Shown here: one piece after another, positions 7,930 through 17,570 of the stretch
How the letters are laid out: each line of letters opens with the position of its first letter
How positions within the stretch are numbered: position 1 is the stretch's first letter
Notes under the pieces: generated by a model
What the model was told of the DNA's origin: nothing
What the model saw: only the letters and a program-made list of their open reading frames with translations
Database searches by the model: none
Source of the DNA: Spirochaetaceae bacterium
GTDB taxonomy: Bacteria > Spirochaetota > Spirochaetia > DSM-2461
DNA length: 64,000 nt
Assembly: GCA_965224705.1 (NCBI GenBank)
Contig: OZ245056.1
Span: forward strand, 2,208,001 to 2,272,000
Reading direction: 5' to 3'
Position numbers and translations under genes: made by a program

Positions 7930-8423
7930 GTGTCTCAAAGAATGTGGAATCTCCTCAAAGCGGCATTAAACCGCAGAGAACGCAGAGGTACGCAGAGAGA
8001 TATAGGGCAGCTCTTAAAACCGCTTAGAGCTGCCCGTGGGCGCATGGACGCACCCACATTTTGGGCAAAACGCCCAAAAATGGATAAATAGTCTTACTTT
8101 AGTCCGGGTTTTTTCGTCTCTATAGCATAAACAGATTGGTCAACATTTATCTTGAACACTCTGCGTCCTCTGCGGTTAAAAACCCATGAATAAGGCTTTG
8201 AAGAACACTCTGGCTAGTGGATTTTAGATGCGATTGCCCTGGGGGTTCCGTCCTTCGTTGTGGCCCGCAACAGTCAGCGAGTAGAAATCATCGCTAATGA
8301 ACCGGTTAGCATTGAGGCATTGAAGCAGATAAACGGCTTCGGCCAGAAAAAATGCGCCAAATATGGAAATCAACGAATGCGGGAAAATGGTGGGCGGCTG
8401 GAATAAGTCACAGTTGGTTGACA
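7930..8423 (+). pseudogene. Second DGR remnant: partial CAGGG-MITE, HRDC 3' half and avd 3' end fused by deletion
   Basis: 7930-8362 matches 2741-3182, then jumps directly to sequence matching ~3524-3581. Confidence 0.85.
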
Positions 8424-8424
8424 C

Positions 8425-8634
8425 TAAGCGGGATCTCTAAGAAGAAGTTTTGCAGGGCAGCGACCAGGTACTGGTTGAAAAGGATCTGTTTGAGCAAGGT
8501 CAATCCGGGCGTGTGAGTGGTGTAAATCAAGGGATGGAATCTGGCCGCTATGTTCCGTTGTATGTGAAGGTTCAGGAGGAAATCGGTCTCCCGGGATGGG
8601 TTTAAGGGGGTTTTACAGGCTTTCTGACACTGGG
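8425..8634 (+). mobile_element. Right-end fragment of IS family B
   Basis: Similar to 45670-45905; ends GCTTTCTGACACTGGG. Confidence 0.75.
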
Positions 8635-8651
8635 TATTCCAACGATGATTC

Positions 8652-10721
8652 CTAAAAAATCGACATCTTAATACGTTTCATAAAACTGATTTTCCGTATG
8701 GGATAATACCCTGTCTGTTCATCCGGTAAAGAGACTCCCACAAGAGTATGATCTCTTCCTCTTTTCTCCATGTGCTTGGGAATCAAGGTGATAACCTGAT
8801 TATCTTCCTTACCGGGAATGGTCAATTCCAGCCGCTGATTCCTTCCGGCCAGTGCCATTTCGGCAAGGTAAACTTTTCCCTGATAATCCAATCCCCTGGC
8901 CGTCATGATTTCACGCCGCCATGAACCAGGACGGATTTGTTCGGGCACCAGGATTAATCGGCGGTGGAGTCTCTTGATGAATATGTTCTTCTCTTCTTCG
9001 GGAAGCTGCTGCACGGCAGGGTGACTGGCAAATGCACCGATAGCAGCCGATAGCGGAAAGAAGTGGGGGAATGACCAGTTTTCCTTGATTGGAGGCTCGT
9101 CAATATCGTAATCGTATCTGAACGGTAATGAATCCTCTTCCTGTTCCAATTCTGCGTCGATTACATTGAGAAGGTGATCACTGAATCCCTGGATGTGCGG
9201 AATGTAGCCAATGTCCACTTTTTCAAGGGCAGTTCGCCATGCCTTTCTTGTCCGGTAGTCCAGCAGCCATACGCCTTCTGCCGGATGATCAATGAAAAGG
9301 GTTCTCAGGGCATGGGTTTTGTTCAGGAGTTTTTTACGATGACCTTTTACCTGTAGAACAACGGCAAACTGAAGGGAGATGGCACGGTAATCGGTTTCCC
9401 ACTCAGACATCAGCGTGGAGAGATTCTCCGGTACGGGATGCCCGGAATACTTCTCTATGTTATTAACAAAGGAATCGATAATTATTCCGGCATCCAGTCC
9501 TTTTATATATCGGTTTTTCTCCAGGCGAAAACTGCTCACCGCATCACAGATAACAGGTTCTGCTGTCAGGGCAAGATCGCAGAACAATGGGAGTTCGGGA
9601 TGGCAGATGAAATCACCGGACGGAGTTATGGTAAGACATGGTGCATTGGAAGGTTTCCGAGGTATGGGACGGCCAATTGTGCCATTTTCTCCGATGACAA
9701 ATTCACCAGTCAACACCAGACGGGACACAATGCTATGGGCGAATTGAGGAGAAATTGGATATCTTTCCCCGGCAAAAATCTGGATCAGGTTAGCAATTCT
9801 ATCGCCATTATAGGCAATCCCCAAAGGCATGGAATTGACAATTTTTTTTGCAATCTCAAGGGCGTTTTCCAGCGATAAACCGCGTTTTTTGATGATGCCG
9901 GAAATCACATGAATCCGCCGCTTATTCCGGGACCATTTCTCCATGTCCCTCCATACGTCCATATTCACCTTGAGTTTGCCGGATTTTCTACGCTGGTAGT
10001 CAATGGAAGATGGAGTTCCCAATCCTTCCCACTCCGGGATAACGATTTCATATCTTCGATTCCTAGATGATTCGTAGTCGGCTAAATCCAGTTCCAGCAA
10101 TACATTTCCGGCAAGCATAAGACGTTCATTACTTCTGTCGTCATGAAAAAGACGGGGAAAACGTTCTTTGATCAGTGCCAGAGTTTTTTTTCGCCAGCCT
10201 CCTCCCACTTTGAACAGATGATGAGATTCCAGAAGAAAACTCAAAGCTGAAGTTAAAAAACTGTCATCAAGCCATGATTCAATGCTTTCCTTAATCTCTC
10301 CGACAGGTTCACCAAGGATGATTCCCGGACCAAGGAAGCCGGCATTCTTTATCTCAATGCCAAGAGGAGTCAAAATGAAGGTTTCCATTTCATACTCATA
10401 ATTTCTGAAGATGAGAATTCGCTCTTCCAGGTTGAGCAGCCGCTCCCTTAATGAAAGCTGGCTTATGTGGGGTACCAGACATCTGAGGCTGTTTTCAGTT
10501 GGATATTCATATATATCTATACAGGTGAGGATGTGGGCATCCAGTTCATCAATGAACTCGATACTGCGGCGGATAACATCATCACGCTGAAGGAATTCCG
10601 ATAATTTTTTCATCATCTCAGGTTTGTGGAATGGAGTACTGACCGGTCCAAGATAGTGACGATAGACTTCAAAAAAAGACGATTCCGGCAGGGATGAAAA
10701 AACTCTCTCCCATCCATTCAT
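8652..10721 (-). CDS. Helicase-associated domain protein, partner of the XPB-like helicase
   Basis: Long ORF abutting the XPB-like gene; segment resembling the XPB N-terminal helicase-associated domain (VPENLSTLMSEW). Confidence 0.6.
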   Translation of the reverse strand: MNGWERVFSSLPESSFFEVYRHYLGPVSTPFHKPEMMKKLSEFLQRDDVIRRSIEFIDELDAHILTCIDIYEYPTENSLRCLVPHISQLSLRERLLNLEERILIFRNYEYEMETFILTPLGIEIKNAGFLGPGIILGEPVGEIKESIESWLDDSFLTSALSFLLESHHLFKVGGGWRKKTLALIKERFPRLFHDDRSNERLMLAGNVLLELDLADYESSRNRRYEIVIPEWEGLGTPSSIDYQRRKSGKLKVNMDVWRDMEKWSRNKRRIHVISGIIKKRGLSLENALEIAKKIVNSMPLGIAYNGDRIANLIQIFAGERYPISPQFAHSIVSRLVLTGEFVIGENGTIGRPIPRKPSNAPCLTITPSGDFICHPELPLFCDLALTAEPVICDAVSSFRLEKNRYIKGLDAGIIIDSFVNNIEKYSGHPVPENLSTLMSEWETDYRAISLQFAVVLQVKGHRKKLLNKTHALRTLFIDHPAEGVWLLDYRTRKAWRTALEKVDIGYIPHIQGFSDHLLNVIDAELEQEEDSLPFRYDYDIDEPPIKENWSFPHFFPLSAAIGAFASHPAVQQLPEEEKNIFIKRLHRRLILVPEQIRPGSWRREIMTARGLDYQGKVYLAEMALAGRNQRLELTIPGKEDNQVITLIPKHMEKRGRDHTLVGVSLPDEQTGYYPIRKISFMKRIKMSIF

Positions 10722-12416
10722 TTATTCGTCCTCCCAGATATCTATCGTATAACGGTAGCCCTGTTCGGTAAGGAAACGCTGTCGATTGAGAGCAAAGTTT
10801 TCTTCAACTGTTCCTCTGGAGACAAGGGAATAGAACCATGAATCCTTTTTTTTCGGTCTCAATATACGTCCCAGCCGCTGGGCTTCTTCCTGCCGGGAAC
10901 CAAAGGTTCCTGATAGTTGAATTGCCACTGAAGCATCCGGAAGGTCAATGGCAAAATTGGCCACTTTTGAAACGACAATGATTCGTTCCATTCCTTTCTT
11001 GAACTGATCGTAGATCCTTTCGCGTTCTGCATTGGGTGTTTTTCCCGTGATGATAGGGACACGGAGTTGTCTGGCTACTTCCTCCAACTGGGTAATGTAC
11101 TGGCCAATAACCAGTATCTGGTCTTCATATCGATTCTTGACCAATTGCAGTGCCGCTTCAATTTTTCTCGGATTTTCTGCAGCAATGCGGAATTTGCTCC
11201 GCCTGTCTGCCATGGCATAACGAATTCTTAATTCCTTTGGAAGGAACATGCGGATCTCCTGGCACCGGGCTTCGGCAATCCATCCGGAGGCTTCCAGTTC
11301 CTTCCAGGGTATGTCGACACGTTTCGGCCCGACCAGGGAGAACACATCCCGTTCGGCACCATCCTCCCTGATGAGTGTGGCCGTGAGGCCAAGGCGTCTT
11401 ACAGCCTGCAGCTCTGCGGTAACCCGGAACACAGGAGCGGGAAGAAGGTGTACTTCATCGTAAATGATCAACCCCCAGGGGTAGAGACGAAATAAATCAA
11501 AATGGGGGAATGGACTGTGTCTGCTCTGCCTCCATGTAATTATCTGGTAGGTTGCAATTGTCACAGGAGCGGTAGACTTTTTGTCTCCTGTGTATTCGGC
11601 AATATCCTCTTCTCTGATATGAGTTTTATCCAGAAGTTCGTTTCGCCATTGATGGACTGCCGCTACATTTGTTGTCAGTATGAGAGTATGACGACAAAGA
11701 CTGGCCATGGCTGCAATACCAACGACCGTTTTCCCGGATCCACAGGGCATAACCACTGTTCCAAACCCCGTTCCGGGCTCACCGGTACCGAAAAATGAAC
11801 GGACTGCAAATCTCTGATAATCCCTGATTACAAATGGTAATCCACTTGAGCATTTTTCTTTGATCTGGATATCAAATGTCTTTCCATCTCTCAGGGGAGC
11901 CAGATCAATGATTGGATAACCTATTTTAATCAGTTCAGCCTTGACAGTTCCCCGGTACATGAGGGATAAGATGAAATCATCCCCATCAGGTATAAGGAAT
12001 CTTGAAAGGGATTTATGAGAACGGAGTTCTGTTGCAATGTCTTTATCATCAATCTTGAGGGCCAGTCGAGCATTGGAAGCATTATTGCATTCGTCATCTT
12101 TTCCGGGGAGGGGAATCAGTCTGAGCTTTCCCCATCTGGACAGGATGTCCTGAATTTGAGTTATGACATTGTCCGGTACCTGGTATCGGCTCCACCTCTT
12201 GAGCGATGAGATGATCTGTGAACCAGTCCAGTGAGCTCCGGCCGCATTCCACAGGGAAAGGGGCGATATTCTGTAGGTGTGGATGTGCTCCGGGGATTTT
12301 TCCAGTTCGGCATAGGCTGAGATTTCTCCACGAGCTTTCTCAAACGAAGGAATATGTACATCAAGAAGGAGCGAACCATCCCCCTGTACGATGAGTGGAT
12401 TTTCTTCTAAACTCAT
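10722..12416 (-). CDS. XPB/Rad25-like DNA repair helicase (superfamily 2)
   Basis: PLIVQGDGSLLL, ELEKSPEHIHTYRISPLSLWNA, MPCGSGKT, DEVH, GLTAT and EEAQRLGRILRPK motifs. Confidence 0.92.
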   Translation of the reverse strand: MSLEENPLIVQGDGSLLLDVHIPSFEKARGEISAYAELEKSPEHIHTYRISPLSLWNAAGAHWTGSQIISSLKRWSRYQVPDNVITQIQDILSRWGKLRLIPLPGKDDECNNASNARLALKIDDKDIATELRSHKSLSRFLIPDGDDFILSLMYRGTVKAELIKIGYPIIDLAPLRDGKTFDIQIKEKCSSGLPFVIRDYQRFAVRSFFGTGEPGTGFGTVVMPCGSGKTVVGIAAMASLCRHTLILTTNVAAVHQWRNELLDKTHIREEDIAEYTGDKKSTAPVTIATYQIITWRQSRHSPFPHFDLFRLYPWGLIIYDEVHLLPAPVFRVTAELQAVRRLGLTATLIREDGAERDVFSLVGPKRVDIPWKELEASGWIAEARCQEIRMFLPKELRIRYAMADRRSKFRIAAENPRKIEAALQLVKNRYEDQILVIGQYITQLEEVARQLRVPIITGKTPNAERERIYDQFKKGMERIIVVSKVANFAIDLPDASVAIQLSGTFGSRQEEAQRLGRILRPKKKDSWFYSLVSRGTVEENFALNRQRFLTEQGYRYTIDIWEDE

Positions 12417-12605
12417 GGGACATGCAGTATACAGGTATTTTTTGATGCTATCAATGGTTCAATATGTTCTGAGAAATCTGGTATAAGTGATATACAGGAG
12501 TTTTCCTCCGATGGAGAGTCGTTGAAAAGGATTCTTATCTGGCATTGTATTGTGAGGATACAGTCAGCACTGAATCTGTGGAGAAGATCGGGTAAAACTG
12601 AAATT

Positions 12606-13913
12606 ATGAAATCGAATAAGACATTTGTTATCGATACCAATGTATTAATTCATCGTCCGGATGCTTTCATGTCATTCAGGGATTCACTGGTTATCATTCC
12701 ACTGTGGGTGCTGGAAGAGTTGGATAATCTTAAAAGTGACCACGCCGCACGCGGACGCAGTGCTCGTCAGGCTATTCGGCATATCAGTGCATTGTCGGAT
12801 AAGGACAATCTTCAGGAAGGAGTGAAGCTTGGAAATGGAAGTGTTTTGAAAGCTGGTTTTATCAAGGATGCCCGTATTCCGGACGATCTTGGATTTGATA
12901 AGATGGATAACAAGATAATCTTCTGTGCACTCAGCCTCAAACAGGCGGGAAAGAATGTCTTTTTTGTGTCAAAGGATATTAATGCCCGCATCAAAGCTTC
13001 TGCTCTGGGAATCAAGGCGGTTGATTACAAAAAGGATAGAGTGAGTCTTGAGGAGCTCTACGAAGGTGTTGCTGAGTCAACCATACACAATGAATCTTTA
13101 CAGGAATTTCATCAGTCCGGTTGGATTCCCTGGTCAGAAAATGAATTATTTCCCAATCAGTTTATTGTATTCAATGAAGCTGAAAAAGAAAGCAAAACTC
13201 TGCACATTGGCCGATGGTCTTCTGAGAAAGAACAGTTAAAATATATTCCATCATGGCAGGATACCATAATGGGGATAAAGCCATTGAATATCAAGCAGCG
13301 TATGGCATTTAATCTTCTCCTTGATGACAGTATTCCTCTGGTCACCCTGGTGGGGAAGGCGGGGACTGGTAAAACTCTTATTGCCATAGTTGCCGCTCTT
13401 CAAAAAACCCTGGTCGATAAGCAGTATGACCGGATTCTTGTCAGTCGGCCCATCATTCCCATGGGGAACGATCTTGGCTACCTTCCGGGAGAGAAGCGGG
13501 CAAAGATGTCCCACTGGATGCAGCCTGTTTTCGATAATCTTGAAATGATTATCAAGTCAGCCAAACAGCAGAATCTTAAAAGTGTCGATGATCTGATCAG
13601 AAACAAAACTCTGGACATTGAAGCCATTACGTATATTCGAGGCCGCTCCCTTCCGAAACAATACATTATCATTGATGAAGCACAGAACCTTACACCCCAT
13701 GAAGTAAAAACCATGGTCAGTCGGGCTGGAAAAGGTACGAAAGTTGTTTTGACCGGGGATCCTTATCAGATAGACAGTCCGTATCTGGATGCGGAATCCA
13801 ATGGTCTTACTTACATTGTAGAAGCATTCAAAGATCAGAAACTGGCTGGACACTTATTTCTGAATAAAAGTGAACGAAGTCCACTGGCCGAATTGGCGAC
13901 GGAGCTTTTATGA
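12606..13913 (+). CDS. PhoH-family protein with N-terminal PIN domain
   Basis: VIDTNVL and VLEELD (PIN); GKAGTGKT, YIRGRS, DEAQN and GDPYQID (PhoH). Confidence 0.92.
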   Translation: MKSNKTFVIDTNVLIHRPDAFMSFRDSLVIIPLWVLEELDNLKSDHAARGRSARQAIRHISALSDKDNLQEGVKLGNGSVLKAGFIKDARIPDDLGFDKMDNKIIFCALSLKQAGKNVFFVSKDINARIKASALGIKAVDYKKDRVSLEELYEGVAESTIHNESLQEFHQSGWIPWSENELFPNQFIVFNEAEKESKTLHIGRWSSEKEQLKYIPSWQDTIMGIKPLNIKQRMAFNLLLDDSIPLVTLVGKAGTGKTLIAIVAALQKTLVDKQYDRILVSRPIIPMGNDLGYLPGEKRAKMSHWMQPVFDNLEMIIKSAKQQNLKSVDDLIRNKTLDIEAITYIRGRSLPKQYIIIDEAQNLTPHEVKTMVSRAGKGTKVVLTGDPYQIDSPYLDAESNGLTYIVEAFKDQKLAGHLFLNKSERSPLAELATELL

Positions 13914-14230
13914 GTCAACAGTCCTACAAACCGGAAGTCAGGAAGGAACTTGCCAGGCTTACCAGGCTGTCCCTGCAGCGATTGGAGGAGAATCATCTTG
14001 AATCAATTATCACTGTTACTGATCAGTGGAAAAAGGGAGCGATACAGGCTGGAACTGCACTGATTGAAATCAGTCGGCTTTCGGAGATCAAGCTGCCTGA
14101 GTGGGCTGATGGAGTTAATCCCGGTGTTCCTGTCGCTCAGGCACTGGCCGATAAAACTTTGATGAGGTCTGATGTGAGTGAGGATACGTGGGCTGCCATT
14201 GAGCATCTGGTTACAATTGTAGAGATTTAG
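13910..14230 (+). CDS. Hypothetical protein
   Basis: ATGA overlap with the PhoH stop; 106 aa. Confidence 0.6.
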   Translation: MSQQSYKPEVRKELARLTRLSLQRLEENHLESIITVTDQWKKGAIQAGTALIEISRLSEIKLPEWADGVNPGVPVAQALADKTLMRSDVSEDTWAAIEHLVTIVEI

Positions 14231-14285
14231 CCGGACTTTTGTTCCAATAATCAATTATAAATATTGATTACAGGCCGAAAAGGAA

Positions 14286-16613
14286 GTGATGAGATCTGTT
14301 TGTGCTATAATTGTATTAACCATCCTGCCGTTTTGTGCAGAAGCAGGGGATCCTTCTCTAAATCCCATAGATCTTTCTTCCAGTAATGAGCTGTTGTTTA
14401 CCTGTACAACCATTCAGCCAGGATGGGATGAGTTCACGACAGTATTGAGAGCTGACCTGCAAAATCTTAGTGACGATGACAATGAAGCAGTTGAAGTTCT
14501 TACGTATTATCCCGGAGAGGTTTCCTATTATCCGGGCACCCGAGAGTTGGAAATTCTCAATCATTTTGGATTGTTTCGAGCTGATATTGATCAAGGGTAT
14601 TCCTTTAATCGCATCCCGTACTATCCTTCTTTCAAGCAGGGACATCGCATTCCAGAGGGCAGGATCCTTCCTGCAGCAGGATCTCCTGATGGTCGATGGC
14701 TCCTTATTCAAGAACCAACAGGTTCGGTTACTGGACATCTCTACCTGTATAATACCCGGACTGATACCAGAAGTTTGATATCCGACGATCATTCCCTGGT
14801 GTTCCAGAATGACTTTGCACTCTGGTCTGCTGATTCAAGGTATTTCATTTATTCACGAAACAATCTTCTATACTACATGGATATTCAATCGGCCGAGCAT
14901 TCAAGGATTTCTGATGAAAGTCATCGGGTGTTTGGGAAGGGAAATCTATCCAGTGTCCAGTGGATGGATGCGGATACATTTTTTTATATGACGGGTTATA
15001 TAGTGAACATGATTTCCGCCGCTGAATTGTCCTCTCGATCTTTTTATTCAAACCTTGTATCGGTTGGCAGTGTTTTGGGCCGGATCCCCCTGGATTTTGA
15101 TTCCAATATGGATCGATTCTGGGTATCTCCCGATGGCCAGTCGGTGTTATTGCTCAAGGGAGGGGGGAGAGCATTGTTTCTGTTCAATCTGGAAGCGGCT
15201 GAAAGGAATGTTCAGGGGCAGTCATCAAAATACCCCTGTCTCCTGCTGCCGAAAACGAAGAGAATACTTCAGCTTTGGTGGCGGGATAATGGTGATATAG
15301 ATCTTCTTGCCGGGGGCAAAACCAGCAATGATTCCCAAACATTTTTTTATCAGCTGGATGCAGACAGAGCCAGTAATCTGCAATTCAGGCGTAAAAAACT
15401 TGCCGATATCAGGCAAATTGTTCCATCCCCTGATGGTACAACTCTTGGAATTCTTGAAGACACAGGTGTTTCAATTCGTTCTGCTCACGATTTAAGTGAG
15501 ATTAAATACATCAATCATCCGGATCCGCGAAAAGTTGTGTGGGTGAATTCGGAAAGAATAATCATCGCCGGGAGTCATCATATTGAGTCTGTGCACTGGA
15601 GAAGTAATGAACGTGCCTTCATCACCCTGTCCCAGGTTGATGAAATTGGCTATGATATTGATGAGAATGTGGCTTCTGTGAGTGACGGACAGCACTATCG
15701 GTGGAATACCGAAACACAATCCTGGAAGGAAGCGGCGAAGAGTACGGGACAGGGGATACAGACCTCCGGTCTGGAAACAAGGTCATTCAGGGTTTATGTG
15801 GACACAAAGCTCTCATCCCGCAGTATTGATCGTGTTTTGATTCGGGATATCGCCGGAAACGGCAACCGCCGTCTGTTAAATTTCACGCAGGATACATGGA
15901 GCTCATCCGGAATTAAACTGAATAACGGTGTACAAACAGGATATGATGAAAGGGTTTTTAACAATGGTTCTCGAATTCGACAGAGGGAGATAGCACTTGT
16001 TTTCAATGCTGTTGATAATGATGTTGGCCTGGGTGAAGTTCTCAATACTCTGGCAGAATACAATCTTCAGTCAACATTTTTTCTTGGAGGGGATTTTATC
16101 CGCCGCAATCCTGAATCAACGAGATCTATTTCTTCAGAAGGTCATGAAATCGGCAGCTTATTCTACACTCATATAGATATGGCCGATTATCGTTACCGTA
16201 TTGATGAAAACTTTGTGGCTCGTGGACTGGCGAGAAATGAGGATGAATTTCACCGCGTCACAGATTCCGAAATTGCCAATATATGGCATGCCCCCTGGTA
16301 TGTAACAAGTGATCCAATACTTGATGCAACGGAGAATATGAAATACTTATATGTGGGAAGGGATATTGATACACTTGACTGGGTGAGTCTGGATGCATCA
16401 ACTGAAACCAGAGTACTGTATAGATCCAGTCTGGAACTGGTAAGGAAGATACTTGATGAAGTACGGCCGGGTTCCATTGTTCCAATCCGCATTGGCCTTC
16501 CGGGTAAGCGGGAAGATTATCTCTTTTCAAAACTTGATTTGTTAATCAATGGCATTTTACGGCAGGGGTATGATATAGTAACAGTCGGTGAATTAAGGAA
16601 ACACGCATTATGA
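14286..16613 (+). CDS. Exported protein with propeller-like N-terminus and C-terminal polysaccharide deacetylase domain
   Basis: Signal peptide; SPDG repeats; IALVFNA, STFFLGG, GHEIGS, WHAPWY and DTLDW (NodB-like). Confidence 0.75.
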   Translation: MMRSVCAIIVLTILPFCAEAGDPSLNPIDLSSSNELLFTCTTIQPGWDEFTTVLRADLQNLSDDDNEAVEVLTYYPGEVSYYPGTRELEILNHFGLFRADIDQGYSFNRIPYYPSFKQGHRIPEGRILPAAGSPDGRWLLIQEPTGSVTGHLYLYNTRTDTRSLISDDHSLVFQNDFALWSADSRYFIYSRNNLLYYMDIQSAEHSRISDESHRVFGKGNLSSVQWMDADTFFYMTGYIVNMISAAELSSRSFYSNLVSVGSVLGRIPLDFDSNMDRFWVSPDGQSVLLLKGGGRALFLFNLEAAERNVQGQSSKYPCLLLPKTKRILQLWWRDNGDIDLLAGGKTSNDSQTFFYQLDADRASNLQFRRKKLADIRQIVPSPDGTTLGILEDTGVSIRSAHDLSEIKYINHPDPRKVVWVNSERIIIAGSHHIESVHWRSNERAFITLSQVDEIGYDIDENVASVSDGQHYRWNTETQSWKEAAKSTGQGIQTSGLETRSFRVYVDTKLSSRSIDRVLIRDIAGNGNRRLLNFTQDTWSSSGIKLNNGVQTGYDERVFNNGSRIRQREIALVFNAVDNDVGLGEVLNTLAEYNLQSTFFLGGDFIRRNPESTRSISSEGHEIGSLFYTHIDMADYRYRIDENFVARGLARNEDEFHRVTDSEIANIWHAPWYVTSDPILDATENMKYLYVGRDIDTLDWVSLDASTETRVLYRSSLELVRKILDEVRPGSIVPIRIGLPGKREDYLFSKLDLLINGILRQGYDIVTVGELRKHAL

Positions 16614-16710
16614 AAGAAAAATCAATGTTTGATTTCCTGCCTTCAAGTTACAGGATCTATATGTCGAATTTAGAGTTAAAGGAAAAGACCTGAATGGAGA
16701 ACCGGGATTC

Positions 16711-17133
16711 ATGACAACTAACCCACTCAAAGCTTATCGGCAAACTCATGTGAAAACGTCCTCGCAGGGGAAACTCATTATTATGCTTTATGATGAAAGC
16801 ATAAAACAGTTACAGGCTGCCCGGGATGAGCTTGAGCGTCAGCAGCCAAATCTGGAATCTGCTCACAATGCCATTATAAAAGCCCAGGATATTATTACTG
16901 AGTTGATGGTTTCATTAGATTTTGAGAATGGCAATGAAATTGCCCGGAATCTCTTTCATCTCTATATGTATTTCAATCAAATACTGATTGATGCTAATAT
17001 TTCAAAGAATCCAGCAGGACTGATACAGGTCAGTGAATACATGGTTGAACTTCGTGATGCCTGGAATTCCATTGAGGGAACCGTGGGAATTGAAGGTAAG
17101 GAAATATCCCGCGGGATCAACCTGGCGGGATAA
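16711..17133 (+). CDS. fliS: Flagellar export chaperone FliS
   Basis: AYRQT.V.T.SQGKLIIMLYD, AQDIITELMVSLD and LYMYF motifs. Confidence 0.93.
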   Translation: MTTNPLKAYRQTHVKTSSQGKLIIMLYDESIKQLQAARDELERQQPNLESAHNAIIKAQDIITELMVSLDFENGNEIARNLFHLYMYFNQILIDANISKNPAGLIQVSEYMVELRDAWNSIEGTVGIEGKEISRGINLAG

Positions 17134-17139
17134 CAGTAG

Positions 17140-17559
17140 ATGAGTTATCCCGAGTGGTGGGGGGATGTTCAACGATCTCTGGACTCGTCCTTTGCTCAGT
17201 ACGATTCATGCCTGAAATCTATAGACAATCTCCTGCATAAGAATTCACTTATCCTGGATAAAAACTCATTTACTTTTCTTGCTGTTGAACTTGAACAATC
17301 CACCAGGCGAATGAAACAGGTGTTGAATATCGCAAGAACAAGAATAAAAGATGCAAAAGCAGCAAAGCGGCACACAGTCTTACTGGAACACAATGAAGAA
17401 GCGGCTGCAAAACTGGCATCGTGCAGCCATGAAATGTGTAAGAAGCTTGGAGAACGGATGAAGAAACTGGCCAATGAACTCAAACAGCGTCGAGTCTTTC
17501 CAACAGTTAATAATATCTATCAGATTCCTGCTCCCCAATATATTGATTTGCATCTATAA
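17140..17559 (+). CDS. Hypothetical helical protein downstream of fliS
   Basis: Co-oriented ORF filling the gap between fliS and polA. Confidence 0.55.
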   Translation: MSYPEWWGDVQRSLDSSFAQYDSCLKSIDNLLHKNSLILDKNSFTFLAVELEQSTRRMKQVLNIARTRIKDAKAAKRHTVLLEHNEEAAAKLASCSHEMCKKLGERMKKLANELKQRRVFPTVNNIYQIPAPQYIDLHL

Positions 17560-17570
17560 TACAAATTGTC

